64,000 nt of DNA from Prasinococcaceae sp. CCMP 1430 (Eukaryota > Plantae > Prasinodermophyta), in the NCBI GenBank assembly GCA_013416795.1, contig RQSC01000017.1, positions 80,650-144,649 on the forward strand. The letters are read 5' to 3'. How positions within the stretch are numbered: position 1 is the first letter of the stretch; each line of letters opens with the position of its first letter. The notes beneath the pieces were generated by a model. That model was not told where the DNA came from. It ran no database searches and worked only from the letters and a program-made list of their open reading frames with translations. This document shows positions 42,337-53,986 of the stretch, piece by piece. Both the position numbers and the translations under genes were made by a program.

Positions 42337-43709
42337 ATGTCCCTCAACATCCCCATGACGAGCGGCCTCGAGTAGGCGCGGCCCCGCGTGGCGCGGCGCG
42401 CGCGCTCGCTCGCGGCGACTGGGATTTGATTCGGGCGTGCATCCGACCGCACATCGATCGAATCGGCGCGACGATGGATGGATGGATGGTTGGATGGATT
42501 GAATTTGATGCGGATGGGTGGATGGTGGGTTTGTTCGTTTGGTTACGTTGGGTGAGGGAAGACGACGACGTTGCCGGCCGGCAGGCGAGGCCTTCGGTGC
42601 GGATCTCGGATCTGGTCCCAGGCAGATCGTGGGACGGGCGCCACATCAGCGCCGCGCGCGCGCGCGCGCGGGACAGACAGACAGATGGGGCAGAAGAACA
42701 AGGAGAAGGGGGGAAAAAGGGGCGCGCGCGCGGGCGCGCTGCGCTGCGCTGCGCCGCGCAACTTCCGCCGGCGGCGGCGGTTCGGCCGTTCCCCCGCGCG
42801 CGAGCGCATGCGTTCTGATGGCGCGCTTTTCGGCGCGTACGGGGCGCTTCCGCGGCGCGCGGACTACCAGTGCGGGGAAGCGCGCGCGGGGCGGGGCGGG
42901 CACTTCGTGTAGCGCGACGCGTCGGGTGCCGTGCTCAGCACGGCGGCCGAGCAGAGCTACACCCCGCGCGGCGCCACAGTGCTCACTTGCAGCGCGCGGA
43001 CGAGAGTGCGGGCGACAGGGCGCGCGTCGGGCGAGCGAGCTGCGAACGAGCGGACGAGCGGACGAGCGGGTGAGCGCCCGTGCGTTCGCCCACGCGGCTC
43101 GCCACGAGGGGTGCTGTGACGCTCGAGTTCGGCGCGCCCATCGAAGGGAGCGACGCGCGCGCGGACAGGATGGCGCAGCCGGACAAGAAGGGCGGCGAGA
43201 AGGAGTGGGGTTTGCTCAAGCGCATCCTGCTGTCGACCGAGCTGGAATACGCGAGCGGCAACGAGCACCGCGCCACCAAGCACCAGCCCGACGGCGAGCG
43301 CACGCTCCCCCACCTGGGCTCGTTCACCGACTTCGGAACTCTCGGCACATCGCCGCCCGGCGGCGACGCCACCCCAGTGCCCGACTCGGGCAACGGCTCG
43401 CCGAGCGCCGGCTCGCCGAGCAAGGCCGACAAGGCCTTCATGACCGGGCTCGGAGAGAGCCCCTACTCCGGCGCCAGCATCATACCCTTCCTCTACGACC
43501 GCATGTCCCCGCCCAAGGGCGGAGACAGCATCTCCAAGATGGACGACCCCCACCGCGGCAACGTCCACCACAAGGAGTGGGACCCGAACACCAATCAGAA
43601 CCTCAAGCTCAAGGGAGCGAGCCGCTTCGACAGGCCCGACGGCGGCAAGGAGAACGGAAAGGGGATTTGGGAGATGATCGACAACGCGTCGCGCCCCATC
43701 AACAAGTGA
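42337..43709 (+). CDS. Dormancy/auxin-repressed (DRM1/ARP)-like protein; proposed exons 42337-42371 and 43169-43709
   Basis: C-terminal WDPNTNQNLKLKGASRFDRP..GIWEMI resembles DRM1 FxPGSNxAT+xxGxxxFDKP..VYDW. Phase-2 GT-AG intron keeps frame. An alternative start is ATG 43170. Confidence 0.5.
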
Positions 43710-44100
43710 GGGAAGGAGGACGAGCACACGCCCGCGCGCGGCCGAAGGATGAGCCGGAGGGAGCCGCGCGACTCTCGAGCGACGCACGAGAGCAGCCAAG
43801 CCGCACAGCGAAGGCCTGATAGAGACGCGAGCGCACACGCGGTAACAGGACCCACGCACAACCCACCCACGTCCACCCTTACGCGCGCGTAGACGCACGG
43901 CAGCGGCTCTCACCAAGTGTGATACACAAAGTGTTGTTGCGCGGCCGACCCATCACGCCGCAGTGCCACACCCGTCGGATCCCTCACCCGCCGGCCTCGG
44001 CTCCGCCGCTGCCGATAGGAGGACCGGAGGAATCCGCATTGACTTCACTCACGCGCTCGCCGCTGCCACCACCGTTGCCGCCCTCCCCACCGGAGCCATC

Positions 44101-46272
44101 CTAAAGGTCCTGGCTCATCAGGCGCTGGTGCTCAGCATCGAAGAGCCCTGTGAAGGTGCTGCGCGTTGGGCCGTCAGGCAATATTCCGCTCGCCCCCGCC
44201 GCCCCGTCGATCTTGCCACTCTCCGCCTCGGGCCCCCTTGCGTCGTCCATCGCCTCGCTCTCAGCGACGGCGTTGCACTGTCCCGCTGAGCCGACGTGCG
44301 ACAGGAGCGCCTGCTGCGCGCCGGGGTCAGCCTTCGAGAGCTCCGAGAGCTTGCCAAGACCCAGCAGAGACGACACGGCGAAGCTCTTCCGGGTTTTGGA
44401 CAAGGCCGCCATCCAGCGTGCCTTCGGCTCGACTCTGACCGAGCCCCAGCCGCGGTGCGAGCGCCGCGCGGCGGCGCGCCGCCTCGTGCGCTCGTAGTTG
44501 GGTGAGTCCTGGTCGTCCTCGGCGGGAGCCAGCGAGATCACCGTGTCGTCGAGGAACTTGACGAGCGCGTCCTCAAGCTTCTCGATATCGCCACCGCGCG
44601 GGTAGCTGCCACCGGGGTAGCACTCCATGACCGCGAGGCGCACGATGGCCTCGAGGAATTCGGAAAAGACCAGGTCAGCGCCCGAATTGGGTACGAGGGG
44701 ATCGTGGGGGTCGTCGTCCGTGTAAAAGTCGTCGGCGCACTGAGCCTGCACGAAGATCTCGTTCGTCCGCTGGTGGTGGCGCGCGGCACCCAAGCCCATG
44801 TCGCGCACCAATTTGCGCCATTCAATGGCCTCGATGGTGCGCTCGGCGCCGCTGTCATCGAGTCCACCGTAGTGCCCGAAGATGTTGTCTAGCGTGCGCA
44901 TGTAGGGACGCAGCGCGTTCTGTATGGCGGGGTCAAGCATGTCCTTGCGCAGCCCCGACCGGTCGGCCATCAGCGCTTTGCCGAGATGCTCCTCCAAGAA
45001 GCTCTTGAGCTTGAGCGACAACGTCGGGGCGAGCACCATGGTCTCCTTGCACGCGCGCATGAGCACCGCGCAGAACTCGTGGAGCATGAGGGCGTTGTCC
45101 GGGTTCAACTGGTCGTGCACGAAGTTGCCCTGGTCGGTCTTCTCCCAGTTGGCGCGGACGAAGAGAAGATTGACCTGAGCCTTGGTGAGCAGCCCGGGCT
45201 TGACGGTCTTCTTGTTGGTGACCAGGCCCGTATTGATCATGAGGCTAACGAACTCCATCACGCCCAAGAAGTGGTCGTCTTCTGGCTCCTTGACGGCGCG
45301 TTCGCGCACCCGCTTGATGTTGGAAATACGCTCGTCGTACCCCTCGAGCTGCAGGCACAGCTCGTCGCTGGAATACATACGGAATGCAAGCTTGATCGCG
45401 TCCCAGTTGGCCCACAGGACTTCGCGCACCTCGCCCTCGATGTTCTTCATCTCGCGCCTGAAGAGGTCCTGGGTATCGCTCTTGACCATCGTCCAAGTCC
45501 GCTCGAAGTGCGCTCGCCGCTGGCTATCGATGCTGTCGTCGTCCGCGCCATCAACCGGCTCGGGGATGGTTGGCGCGGCACGGTTCGTCGGCAGCCTATC
45601 GTAGCGTTGCCGTCGGCCGGCGCGCCTGCGGCACGCTTCGTTGGCGAGGTTGCCGAACGTGCGTGAGTTGGAACGCAGGAGCGTCACGCTGCGGCGAAAG
45701 TCGCTTGACATCGTAACGTCGGCCGGCGCGTGCTCGAGCCCCTCGAGGTACGCACGACTCGACGCTACGAAGTAGCCGCGCTCGCCGCTCTGCCGGCCCT
45801 GCCGCACGCAGTACTGGCGCGGCGTGAGCGACTCCATGAGCGAGCTCAGCGCGCCACTGACTTCGGCGTCGCGGAGACGCGCCTCCAGCAGTGCTTCGCC
45901 CGCACCCCACTCGCTGTCACTCCCGCGCTCCTCTCTCCTCATCTTGGCCGCTGCGACCGACTCAGCGTTCGGGAGCTTTTGCTGCCACCGCCGATCCCGG
46001 GGCGAGCCCAGCGACTCTGGCTGCGAGCGCTGCGCATCCTCCCGGTCCAGGACCTCGTCGGCGAGGCGGTCATTCACGTCTTTATCGCCCGCCGGTGCCG
46101 AGGGCGACCCGCCGTTCTGGCCGGGCGTGGACGTGAGGCCATCTCGCCACGTACGTCGCCTGGCGCTCTCACGGTGAATCGTCCTGCTCGCCTCGCGGAC
46201 GCCCGGTAGCGCGGAGACGTGGCCCAGCTGCTCGGCGAGCGCCGGCGCGTGCGCTCGTGCGACTTTCAGCAT
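44101..46272 (-). CDS. Uncharacterised protein with EF-hand-like helical repeats
   Basis: Repeated L.x.EF...L.R pattern (LGVMEFVSLM, LMLHEFCAVLMR, LVFSEFLEAIVRLA) in a 723-aa ORF. Confidence 0.65.
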   Translation of the reverse strand: MLKVARAHAPALAEQLGHVSALPGVREASRTIHRESARRRTWRDGLTSTPGQNGGSPSAPAGDKDVNDRLADEVLDREDAQRSQPESLGSPRDRRWQQKLPNAESVAAAKMRREERGSDSEWGAGEALLEARLRDAEVSGALSSLMESLTPRQYCVRQGRQSGERGYFVASSRAYLEGLEHAPADVTMSSDFRRSVTLLRSNSRTFGNLANEACRRRAGRRQRYDRLPTNRAAPTIPEPVDGADDDSIDSQRRAHFERTWTMVKSDTQDLFRREMKNIEGEVREVLWANWDAIKLAFRMYSSDELCLQLEGYDERISNIKRVRERAVKEPEDDHFLGVMEFVSLMINTGLVTNKKTVKPGLLTKAQVNLLFVRANWEKTDQGNFVHDQLNPDNALMLHEFCAVLMRACKETMVLAPTLSLKLKSFLEEHLGKALMADRSGLRKDMLDPAIQNALRPYMRTLDNIFGHYGGLDDSGAERTIEAIEWRKLVRDMGLGAARHHQRTNEIFVQAQCADDFYTDDDPHDPLVPNSGADLVFSEFLEAIVRLAVMECYPGGSYPRGGDIEKLEDALVKFLDDTVISLAPAEDDQDSPNYERTRRRAAARRSHRGWGSVRVEPKARWMAALSKTRKSFAVSSLLGLGKLSELSKADPGAQQALLSHVGSAGQCNAVAESEAMDDARGPEAESGKIDGAAGASGILPDGPTRSTFTGLFDAEHQRLMSQDL

Positions 46273-47277
46273 GCTGCCGTCGAAGCGGCGAGAGTCGAGG
46301 CGGGCGCCGTGGAGGCCGTGCGAAGCGCGCCGCGTCGTGCCAACGGATGTGTACACCTTCGGCGCCGGGGGGGGCTGGTGTGCTGCCCCGCCCCCCCCGC
46401 GCGCCGCTGTTCCGGCTGGGAGTCAGCGGGACCCTCGCTTTCGACGAACTCCTTAGCGGCTCAACCCCCCTCCCCTAGACCTCCAGGCGCCAGGCGGGCG
46501 GGCGCGCGCCGCCGCTTGCGCGTGCGTGCACCGCCTCTGGCATCGCCGCCGCGCCGTCCCCTTCATAACCACCTCCCGGGGGAACGCGACGGCTGCCCTG
46601 CGCTTGCAATGCGCATGTGCACAAGATGCAATTGATCGCCCGTGGTTACGTGTGCCCAGATTTGTACTAGGACACATGTTGTTGAAGGCGAGAGCGTCCG
46701 CCACGCGCCGCGCCATTATAGGAGGTCATCCAGAGGTGGCAGATGCTCGTCAAAATTTTGATTTTTTATTTTGATTTTTTTGCGCGCGCGCGGCACCCGG
46801 CCGCGCCTGCGCCTGCGCCTGCTCCGCCGCGCGCCGCGTCTGCGGGCGCGTAAGCAGTGCGAGACGCGCGGCGCGGAGGCGGCCTGCCCCCCTGCCTCCT
46901 CCGCCTCCCTCTCCCCCTCCCTGCCCCCTCCCCCTCCTCGTGCATGGCCGGCGCGATCGCCCCCCTCCCGACCACCCCCGCGCGCGCCACGCCGCCGCGC
47001 GTGCCCAGCACGCGCGCGCGAATCTCGGGATCTGATGTCACTCCACATCAAATTGCATTGATGCGGGCGTCGCGCCGTGCCACTATTGGGGAGTGACTGC
47101 TGTTTCATTGCATTCGCCCCGGCGGCGGTGGCTCCCCGCGCGCGCGCGCGCGCGCGCGCGCGCGGCCGCGTTTTTCGCGCGTCGCCCCGTCGTTTCCCGC
47201 GGGCCGTTCGGGGTGCGTTTGGCGTTTCGCGGGGGCGATTTGGCCGCGACGGCGGGCGGCAGGGTTTCGGGGGCGCG

Positions 47278-47906
47278 NNNNNNNNNNNNNNNNNNNNNNN
47301 NNNNNNNNNNNNNNNNNNNNNNNNNNNNNNNNNNNNNNNNNNNNNNNNNNNNNNNNNNNNNNNNNNNNNNNNNNNNNNNNNNNNNNNNNNNNNNNNNNNN
47401 NNNNNNNNNNNNNNNNNNNNNNNNNNNNNNNNNNNNNNNNNNNNNNNNNNNNNNNNNNNNNNNNNNNNNNNNNNNNNNNNNNNNNNNNNNNNNNNNNNNN
47501 NNNNNNNNNNNNNNNNNNNNNNNNNNNNNNNNNNNNNNNNNNNNNNNNNNNNNNNNNNNNNNNNNNNNNNNNNNNNNNNNNNNNNNNNNNNNNNNNNNNN
47601 NNNNNNNNNNNNNNNNNNNNNNNNNNNNNNNNNNNNNNNNNNNNNNNNNNNNNNNNNNNNNNNNNNNNNNNNNNNNNNNNNNNNNNNNNNNNNNNNNNNN
47701 NNNNNNNNNNNNNNNNNNNNNNNNNNNNNNNNNNNNNNNNNNNNNNNNNNNNNNNNNNNNNNNNNNNNNNNNNNNNNNNNNNNNNNNNNNNNNNNNNNNN
47801 NNNNNNNNNNNNNNNNNNNNNNNNNNNNNNNNNNNNNNNNNNNNNNNNNNNNNNNNNNNNNNNNNNNNNNNNNNNNNNNNNNNNNNNNNNNNNNNNNNNN
47901 NNNNNN
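47278..47906. other. Assembly gap (N run)
   Basis: Run of N. Confidence 1.
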
Positions 47907-49274
47907 GACGACGCGACGGCCGCGGCGCCGGCAGCAGCTACGACGCCGGCGGCGGTCGCTGCGGCGCCGGCGGAGGCGGCAGTGCCGGCCGCGGCGGTGG
48001 CAACGGACAAGCCAGAGGGGATGGCCCCGGAAGCTGGCGCAGCCCCAACTCAAACGGTGCCCCCTGCATCCTTGGCGGCGCCTGCCAAACCCGCAGCGGC
48101 GCCAAAAGTCGCAGCGCCGACCAAGGGCCCGGCGTCAAGGCCGCCGGCGAAGGCGAAGGCGGGCCCGGCGTCCAAGCCGCCCGCGGGTGGCAAGTCGGCT
48201 GCCGCGATGAAGCCGAGCGGGGGCGTGGCCAAGGCCGCGCCGAAAAAGCGCCCGACGACCAGCGGCGCGAGGAAGCGCACGGTCAAGCCGGCCTCCGGGG
48301 GATCCAAGGGGCGAAGCGGCAGCAAGGGCGACAGGTCGGCGCTCGCGTCCGGCGCGGGTGGCAGCGGCACCACGAGTGAGGTTGACGTGAACGGTGACGT
48401 TGGTGTCAACGGCGGTGGCACACGACAGGGCGACGGCGCGGGTACGGGCAGGGGCAGTGGCATGCACCGCAACGGTGAGCCGCCCGCCCTGCAGACGATC
48501 GACTGGACTCGCAAGGAGCAGCAGCTGCTCGAGGACGGCCTCAACAAGTGCCCGGAGGACAAGCACATGCCCCTCGACAGATACATCCGCATCGCGTCGA
48601 TGCTCCCCGGCAAGGGCGTGCGCGACGTCGCTCTGCGCGTGCGATGGATGAGCAGGAAAGAGCAGGGGAAGCGGCGCAAGGCAGACACAGACACAGGCGG
48701 CTCGAAGAAGAGCGGCTCGCGCAGCCGCGAGGGCGGGCGGGTAGAGAAGACCTCCATCTTCGCAATGCGCCCGCCGGCCATGCCCGCTGCGGGCGCGCAG
48801 CGTGCGATGCCCCAGGGGGCAGGCGCTAGCATGGGCGACTTGGACACGCGCATCCTCGGAGGCGAGGGCATTGGAGGGACGACAGGACGGCTCCTCGGCG
48901 AGAACATGCAGGTGATCAACCAAATCAGGCACAACCTCGCGCAGTGCAAGGTGCAGGAGAATCTCGACCTCTTCAGGCACGTGCGCGACAACGTGATGGG
49001 CATCAACAACAGCATGACCACCATGCGTGGCATGATGAGCCACATGCCGCCTTTGCCGGTGCAGCTCAACGAGCAGCTTGCGAACGTGGTGCTCGGCGCG
49101 CTGGCCAATGGGCTGAGCGGGCCACCCAACGGCTTGGGCGGTGGAAATCCTCCCGGCATGATGGGTCCCGGAGGGGGCAACCCGAACGTCATGGCCCCGC
49201 CCGGCGGAGGCGGCGTCCAGCACTTGAGCGGCGGGGGTGGACAGCTGCCGGCCGCCCGGCAAATGTCCCGATAG
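47907..49274 (+). CDS. Myb/SANT + DUF3755 protein; 5' end in gap
   Basis: IDWTRKEQQLLEDGL..YIRIASMLPGKGVRDVALRVRWM and LLGEN..INQIRHNL..QENLDLF..VRDN..M..MPPLPVQLNEQLAN. Confidence 0.85.
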   Translation, partial: DDATAAAPAAATTPAAVAAAPAEAAVPAAAVATDKPEGMAPEAGAAPTQTVPPASLAAPAKPAAAPKVAAPTKGPASRPPAKAKAGPASKPPAGGKSAAAMKPSGGVAKAAPKKRPTTSGARKRTVKPASGGSKGRSGSKGDRSALASGAGGSGTTSEVDVNGDVGVNGGGTRQGDGAGTGRGSGMHRNGEPPALQTIDWTRKEQQLLEDGLNKCPEDKHMPLDRYIRIASMLPGKGVRDVALRVRWMSRKEQGKRRKADTDTGGSKKSGSRSREGGRVEKTSIFAMRPPAMPAAGAQRAMPQGAGASMGDLDTRILGGEGIGGTTGRLLGENMQVINQIRHNLAQCKVQENLDLFRHVRDNVMGINNSMTTMRGMMSHMPPLPVQLNEQLANVVLGALANGLSGPPNGLGGGNPPGMMGPGGGNPNVMAPPGGGGVQHLSGGGGQLPAARQMSR

Positions 49275-49933
49275 AGCGAGCAGTGAACCCGAGGACACCC
49301 CACACCCTTTGTACACAACCTTTCGACACTGGCACCTCCTCGTGGCGTGGGGCGTAATATGTTCGCGCCACATTTTACCACCCAAGAACCTATGGCCGCA
49401 GTGCAGCACGACCACACGTCCGCCCTCGGACACCGAGTGGAGGCAGATGGTGCAGCGCTCGCCGCTGTCCTCTGCGTCCTCCTCGTTGCCGCTTTCCCCA
49501 CCCCGCCCCCCTGCCACGTCTCCAGCCACTCCTGCCTCCGCGGCGCCGGCGCCATCACCATCGCCCCACACAGCGGTCAACTCTCCCGGCCATTCTATCG
49601 CCTCTTGCTGTTGTGTTGTACGCTCGCTGGCCCGCGCCGCTCGGCAGGTCGGGGCGGCCGGGGAACCGCCGGCGGCCTCGCTTGGCGCGCGCCCGGCCGC
49701 CGACTGGCGCGGCGCAGCCCTCGCTGTCGCTCTTTCTCTCTCGCTCGCTCTCTCGCACGGGCGGGGAAACGCTTGCCATCCGGCCCAGGGGGAGCACCGT
49801 CCGTCACAACCAACAACTCCTTGGCAACAGGCCAGAGCGGCACGGCCCGCTGCCGCCGCCGGCGGCGCACGCGGCGCAAGTGCATGCCGAATCGGGCGCG
49901 CAGGGCGCCGCTCGTGGTGCCCACGGGAGACAC
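49275..49933 (-). CDS. Possible RING-H2-like gene with degenerate second half; structure unresolved
   Basis: CTICLHSVSEGGRVVVLHCGHRF after an acidic stretch; later ligands missing. Confidence 0.3.
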
Positions 49934-50807
49934 ATGTCGTAGTCAAAATGCATCCATTCTAGACCCAGATCCCCAGCGTGGGACGAACCCCCGCGCCGCC
50001 CCGATCGTCCCCGGGACTGGTGCAGCCACATTGCGGGTGTGTCACCCTGGCATACTGGTCTGGCTAGCTAGCAAGGCGTCGCGCGCCGAGCGCTCAACGC
50101 CGCGCGATGGAGCCTTGCTTCGATTTGTTGGACCCGGCCGCGGCGCGGTATGCGCCCTTTGGGGAACAGGCGTGCGCGTTCAAAAACGGCGCGCCCGCGG
50201 CCGCGCGCTCGGGACGCCATCAAAGCGCACGCGACGCGCGGCTGAAGACAAACCCTTATGAGCTTACAACCTTAAATATGGGGCGGGCGCGGCGACCGAT
50301 GGGGCGAGGGGCGGAGGCGCCCCGCCGCCCTGGGTGCCGCCCAGGTCGGTGCAGCGCCGCGCCGCGCTGGCGTCCGCACCAGGGAGAGGCAGCCTGACGG
50401 GGGGAAGGGGCGGCGTGAAGGAGGCGCGCGCGCATCTACCGACGTGGGTCGCCAGTCCGCACGCGCCTGCCGGCGCGGGGCGCGGCACGCGGCGCTGACC
50501 TGCGGGGCGCGGCGCTAACCTGCGGGGCGCAGCGCAGCGCCCACGCACGGAAAGCTGCGGGGGGGGGGGGAGAAGGAAGGCGTCGGCTCTCTGAGCATAC
50601 CAGGCGACAGCTTGCCCTTGCCGGCCAACGTCGCTCGCTCGCGCCAGTGAGGCTGTGCGCAGCCTCAGTCGCGCGGTCCGACACGCAGCTGCGGCTCGTT
50701 CGCACACGCGCGCGGGCGCTGCGGGGAGACAGACAGACGCGGAGGGCGCTCGCCCCCTTGGGGGCGTCGCTCACGCCCGCCTTTGCCCTCCCTCCGTCGC
50801 CGAGAGC

Positions 50808-53093
50808 ATGAACAAGTACGAGGTCGTGGGCGTGGTCGGCGAGGGCGCGTACGGCGTCGTGCTCAAATGCCGAAACAAGGAGACTGACGAGATCGTTGCC
50901 GTCAAGAAGTTCAAGGAGAGTGATGACGACGAAATTGTGCGGAAGACCACGCTGCGTGAGGTCAAGGTGCTCAGGATGCTCAGGCAGGAGAACATAGTCC
51001 ATCTTCGTGAGGCCTTTCGACGCAAGAACAAGTTGTACCTTGTTTTCCAGTACGTGGAGAAGAACATGCTCGAGGTCCTCGAAGAGAAACCCGCGGGTCT
51101 TAGCGTGGAACAGGTGCGCAGGTACATCTACCAGCTCGTCCAGGCCATCTACTGGTGCCACGCGCACGCCGTAGTGCATCGAGACATCAAGCCGGAGAAC
51201 CTCCTCGTGAACCCCAAGGACGGCAAGCTGAGCCTGTGCGATTTCGGCTTCGCGCGCATCCTCCCGACCAAGTCGACCGTGGAGCTCACCGAGTACGTTG
51301 CCACGCGCTGGTACCGCGCGCCTGAGCTGCTCTTGGGCTCGACCAACTACTCGCTAGCGGTCGACCAGTGGGCCATCGGTTGCATCATGGGGGAGCTCAT
51401 AGATGGGCAGCCGCTCTTTCCGGGGGAGAGCGACATTGACCAGCTCTACATCATACAGAGGGTGCTGGGCAGTCTGACGCCCGAGCAGACGGAAACGTTC
51501 TTGCGCAACCAGCGCTTCGCGGGGCTCAAGTTTCCGGACATGAGCTCCCCCGAGGGCATCGACAGACGGTACGCCAAGAAGCTCGCCGGGACCCCACACG
51601 CGATCGCCTTTATGAAGGCCATGCTGCACATGTCCCCCAAGCGCCGCATGCCGATGTCGCAGGCCATCGAGCATCCTTTCTTCGACGGGCTTGAGCCTGC
51701 GCCCTCAATCAAGCGGCACTTGGAGGAATGGAAGAGCAAAGCAGCGGCCAAGGCCGCGGCCGCCGAGGCCAACGGTGCGAAAGGCCACAGCACTGGCGGC
51801 GCTGCGGAGGCGCTGCGGGCGAGCAACCATGGCGGTGTGAACGGCGCGTCAAGCGCGCTGGCTGAGATCCAGCTGCGCACCAACAAGCTCAAGGAGGTTG
51901 AGGCGAGGAGGCGCGCGCGCAAGAGGCAGCAGCGGGCTGCGGAGGAAGCAGCTGCGCGCGCCGCGCAGGCGGCGGCCGCCGCGGCAGCTGCCACCGCCGC
52001 GGCAGCGGAGGCGCAGCACGCGCAGTACGTGCAGCCCCGCGGATCGCACCTGATTCCCGCGTGGCCGACGGGGCAGACCGGCGCGGGCTCCGGTGGCGGC
52101 GGGCAGTCTGCCGCGGCCGAGCCGCAGCCACGCGCAAGGAAGAATCTACGAGGCGGCGGGCGGCGCGGATTGGACGACCTGCGGCAGCACGGGATCGAGC
52201 TTGCCAACGGAGGCGGCAGCGGGGGAAGCGCAGGCGGCAGCAGCGTCGGCGGCGATATCGGCAGCATGCAGGGCGGCAGCGACCGCGACCGCGGCGGTGA
52301 GGAGCGCGGCGGCGATCGCAGCAGAAACAGCGAGCGAGGTGGCGAGCGAGGCGTGCCACCGCTACCACGCAAGGCACGCGCGGGGCGACGCGCGCCGCCG
52401 CCCGGGCACATTGGCGGCGAGCGTGAGCGGGGCGGCCTAGGCACGGGCGCTGGCGACGACCCGTACGGGCGGCCTGCGCTGGGCTCGTCGCACACCGGCA
52501 AGCGGCGTCCCTCGCCGTCCAACTTGCACGTGCCCTCGCATGGAGGCAGCCGCGGTCTGCTGGTCGGCGGGCCCGCCGGCGCAGCCGGTCGCCTATCGCC
52601 CTACATGCGCTCGGGCACCAGCCACAGCACGCGCGGTGGCCTGGCACGGCTAGGCGACCGCGTAAGTGGGCGCGCCAGCTTGCACGAGCGTGGCCACACC
52701 CGCCCGCGCGCGTCCGTGGCACTACCAGTGCCGTCGGTGGGCTTCGGTGCGGGGTTTCTCGGTGTCGGTGGTGGACGCGCACACATCGGCGGCGGTGGCG
52801 GTGGTGGTCGCCACGGACAACATGCGCACTCCTTCAACAGGCCTAGCGATGGCGGCGGCGTGGGTGTGTTCGAGACCTTCTGGAAGCACACCAGCTCGCG
52901 AGGCACGCCCGAAGGCGACGATGCGGGCGAGGAACGCACAAGCATGGGCTTTGACCGTTCGCAGTACTACGTGGCACCCATCCCGTCGTATGGGAGCCTG
53001 GTATCGCCCCGCGACTCTCACTCGCGCGAAGGCAGCTCGCGCGGCAACTCTCGTGCCGGCTACCGCCTGGCGAGTCTCGGGACGAAGCGCTGA
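50808..53093 (+). CDS. CDKL5: Cyclin-dependent kinase-like 5 (LF5-like) Ser/Thr kinase
   Basis: MNKYEVVGVVGEGAYGVVLKCRNKET.EIVAVKKFKESDDDE.V.KTTLREVK, HRDIKPEN, DFGFAR, TEYVATRWYRAPE, then a long disordered tail. Confidence 0.9.
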   Translation: MNKYEVVGVVGEGAYGVVLKCRNKETDEIVAVKKFKESDDDEIVRKTTLREVKVLRMLRQENIVHLREAFRRKNKLYLVFQYVEKNMLEVLEEKPAGLSVEQVRRYIYQLVQAIYWCHAHAVVHRDIKPENLLVNPKDGKLSLCDFGFARILPTKSTVELTEYVATRWYRAPELLLGSTNYSLAVDQWAIGCIMGELIDGQPLFPGESDIDQLYIIQRVLGSLTPEQTETFLRNQRFAGLKFPDMSSPEGIDRRYAKKLAGTPHAIAFMKAMLHMSPKRRMPMSQAIEHPFFDGLEPAPSIKRHLEEWKSKAAAKAAAAEANGAKGHSTGGAAEALRASNHGGVNGASSALAEIQLRTNKLKEVEARRRARKRQQRAAEEAAARAAQAAAAAAAATAAAAEAQHAQYVQPRGSHLIPAWPTGQTGAGSGGGGQSAAAEPQPRARKNLRGGGRRGLDDLRQHGIELANGGGSGGSAGGSSVGGDIGSMQGGSDRDRGGEERGGDRSRNSERGGERGVPPLPRKARAGRRAPPPGHIGGERERGGLGTGAGDDPYGRPALGSSHTGKRRPSPSNLHVPSHGGSRGLLVGGPAGAAGRLSPYMRSGTSHSTRGGLARLGDRVSGRASLHERGHTRPRASVALPVPSVGFGAGFLGVGGGRAHIGGGGGGGRHGQHAHSFNRPSDGGGVGVFETFWKHTSSRGTPEGDDAGEERTSMGFDRSQYYVAPIPSYGSLVSPRDSHSREGSSRGNSRAGYRLASLGTKR

Positions 53094-53413
53094 CGCGCGC
53101 AACCGAATCGAGGGCCCAGATGACGTGCGCGCTCTTCAGCAGTCGATCAGAGCGCGCCCGGCGTCTGCAGCCACCCTCGAGCTACGAGGCGCTAAGCGGG
53201 CAACCGCTGCTGCGGGCTGTAATACTGCGGACTCGTGCCGGTCTGTGCACTGCACTCATGAGCTCGCTCAAGGCGACCTGCAGCTTCCACCCGCCCCCCG
53301 CACGCTCGCGCGCCGAGCATCTAGTTGCAGCAGACGCGGTGGGTTTCCTACGCTAGCTAGAGAGAGAGGACAAAATTGCGGTTAGTGCTTGGCGCGTGAC
53401 GGATGCTGCGGGC

Positions 53414-53986
53414 TCAGGCGACGCTTGTCCGCATGTCCTTTATCTCCTGTGGCTCCGGGACCTTCCCGTGCTTGCTATCCCAATGTACGAGCATTGTCTT
53501 GACCTGCGGCATTTGAACCTTGCATACTTCGTGTGCCCGCGGCGGCGAGCGCGTTCGCAGTGGCCGGGAGTGGTGGGGCATATGAGCGTGTGCAGCACGC
53601 GCGCGAGGTGGGGTGGGGTGGAGGGGGATAGCACATCGAACGCGGAGCGGTGTGGGGATTGTTGGGGCCAGGTTGGGGAAGAGTCCGCGTGACGTTGCAG
53701 GCGGGAGGGTGGAGGGCAAGCGGGAGTCAACACGTGCACTCTGGTGGCTACGGGGTAGCTGTGGCGCTCACCCCTGAGAACGCATCTGTGCGATGCGCCC
53801 GCGTGGGTGCGCGCACGCGCGCGCGTCTGCCCGCAAGGGCGCGCGAGCACCCACTGGCGCCGCACCTGGGCAGACAAACTTGAGCGCCTTCTTCTGGTCA
53901 TTGAGCTGCGAGCCCGACCTCTGCTTGGCCGCCTGCTTCTTGGCGTTCTTCTCCTGCGACTTGGCCTTGGCGTTGCCGCGCACCAT
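53414..53986 (-). CDS. ZNF706/SERF-like small C2H2 zinc-finger protein, 2 exons (53986-53866, 53526-53414)
   Basis: Spliced MVRGNAKAKSQEKNAKK..SQL..KKALKFVCP/VCKVQMP..HWDSKH. Confidence 0.85.
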
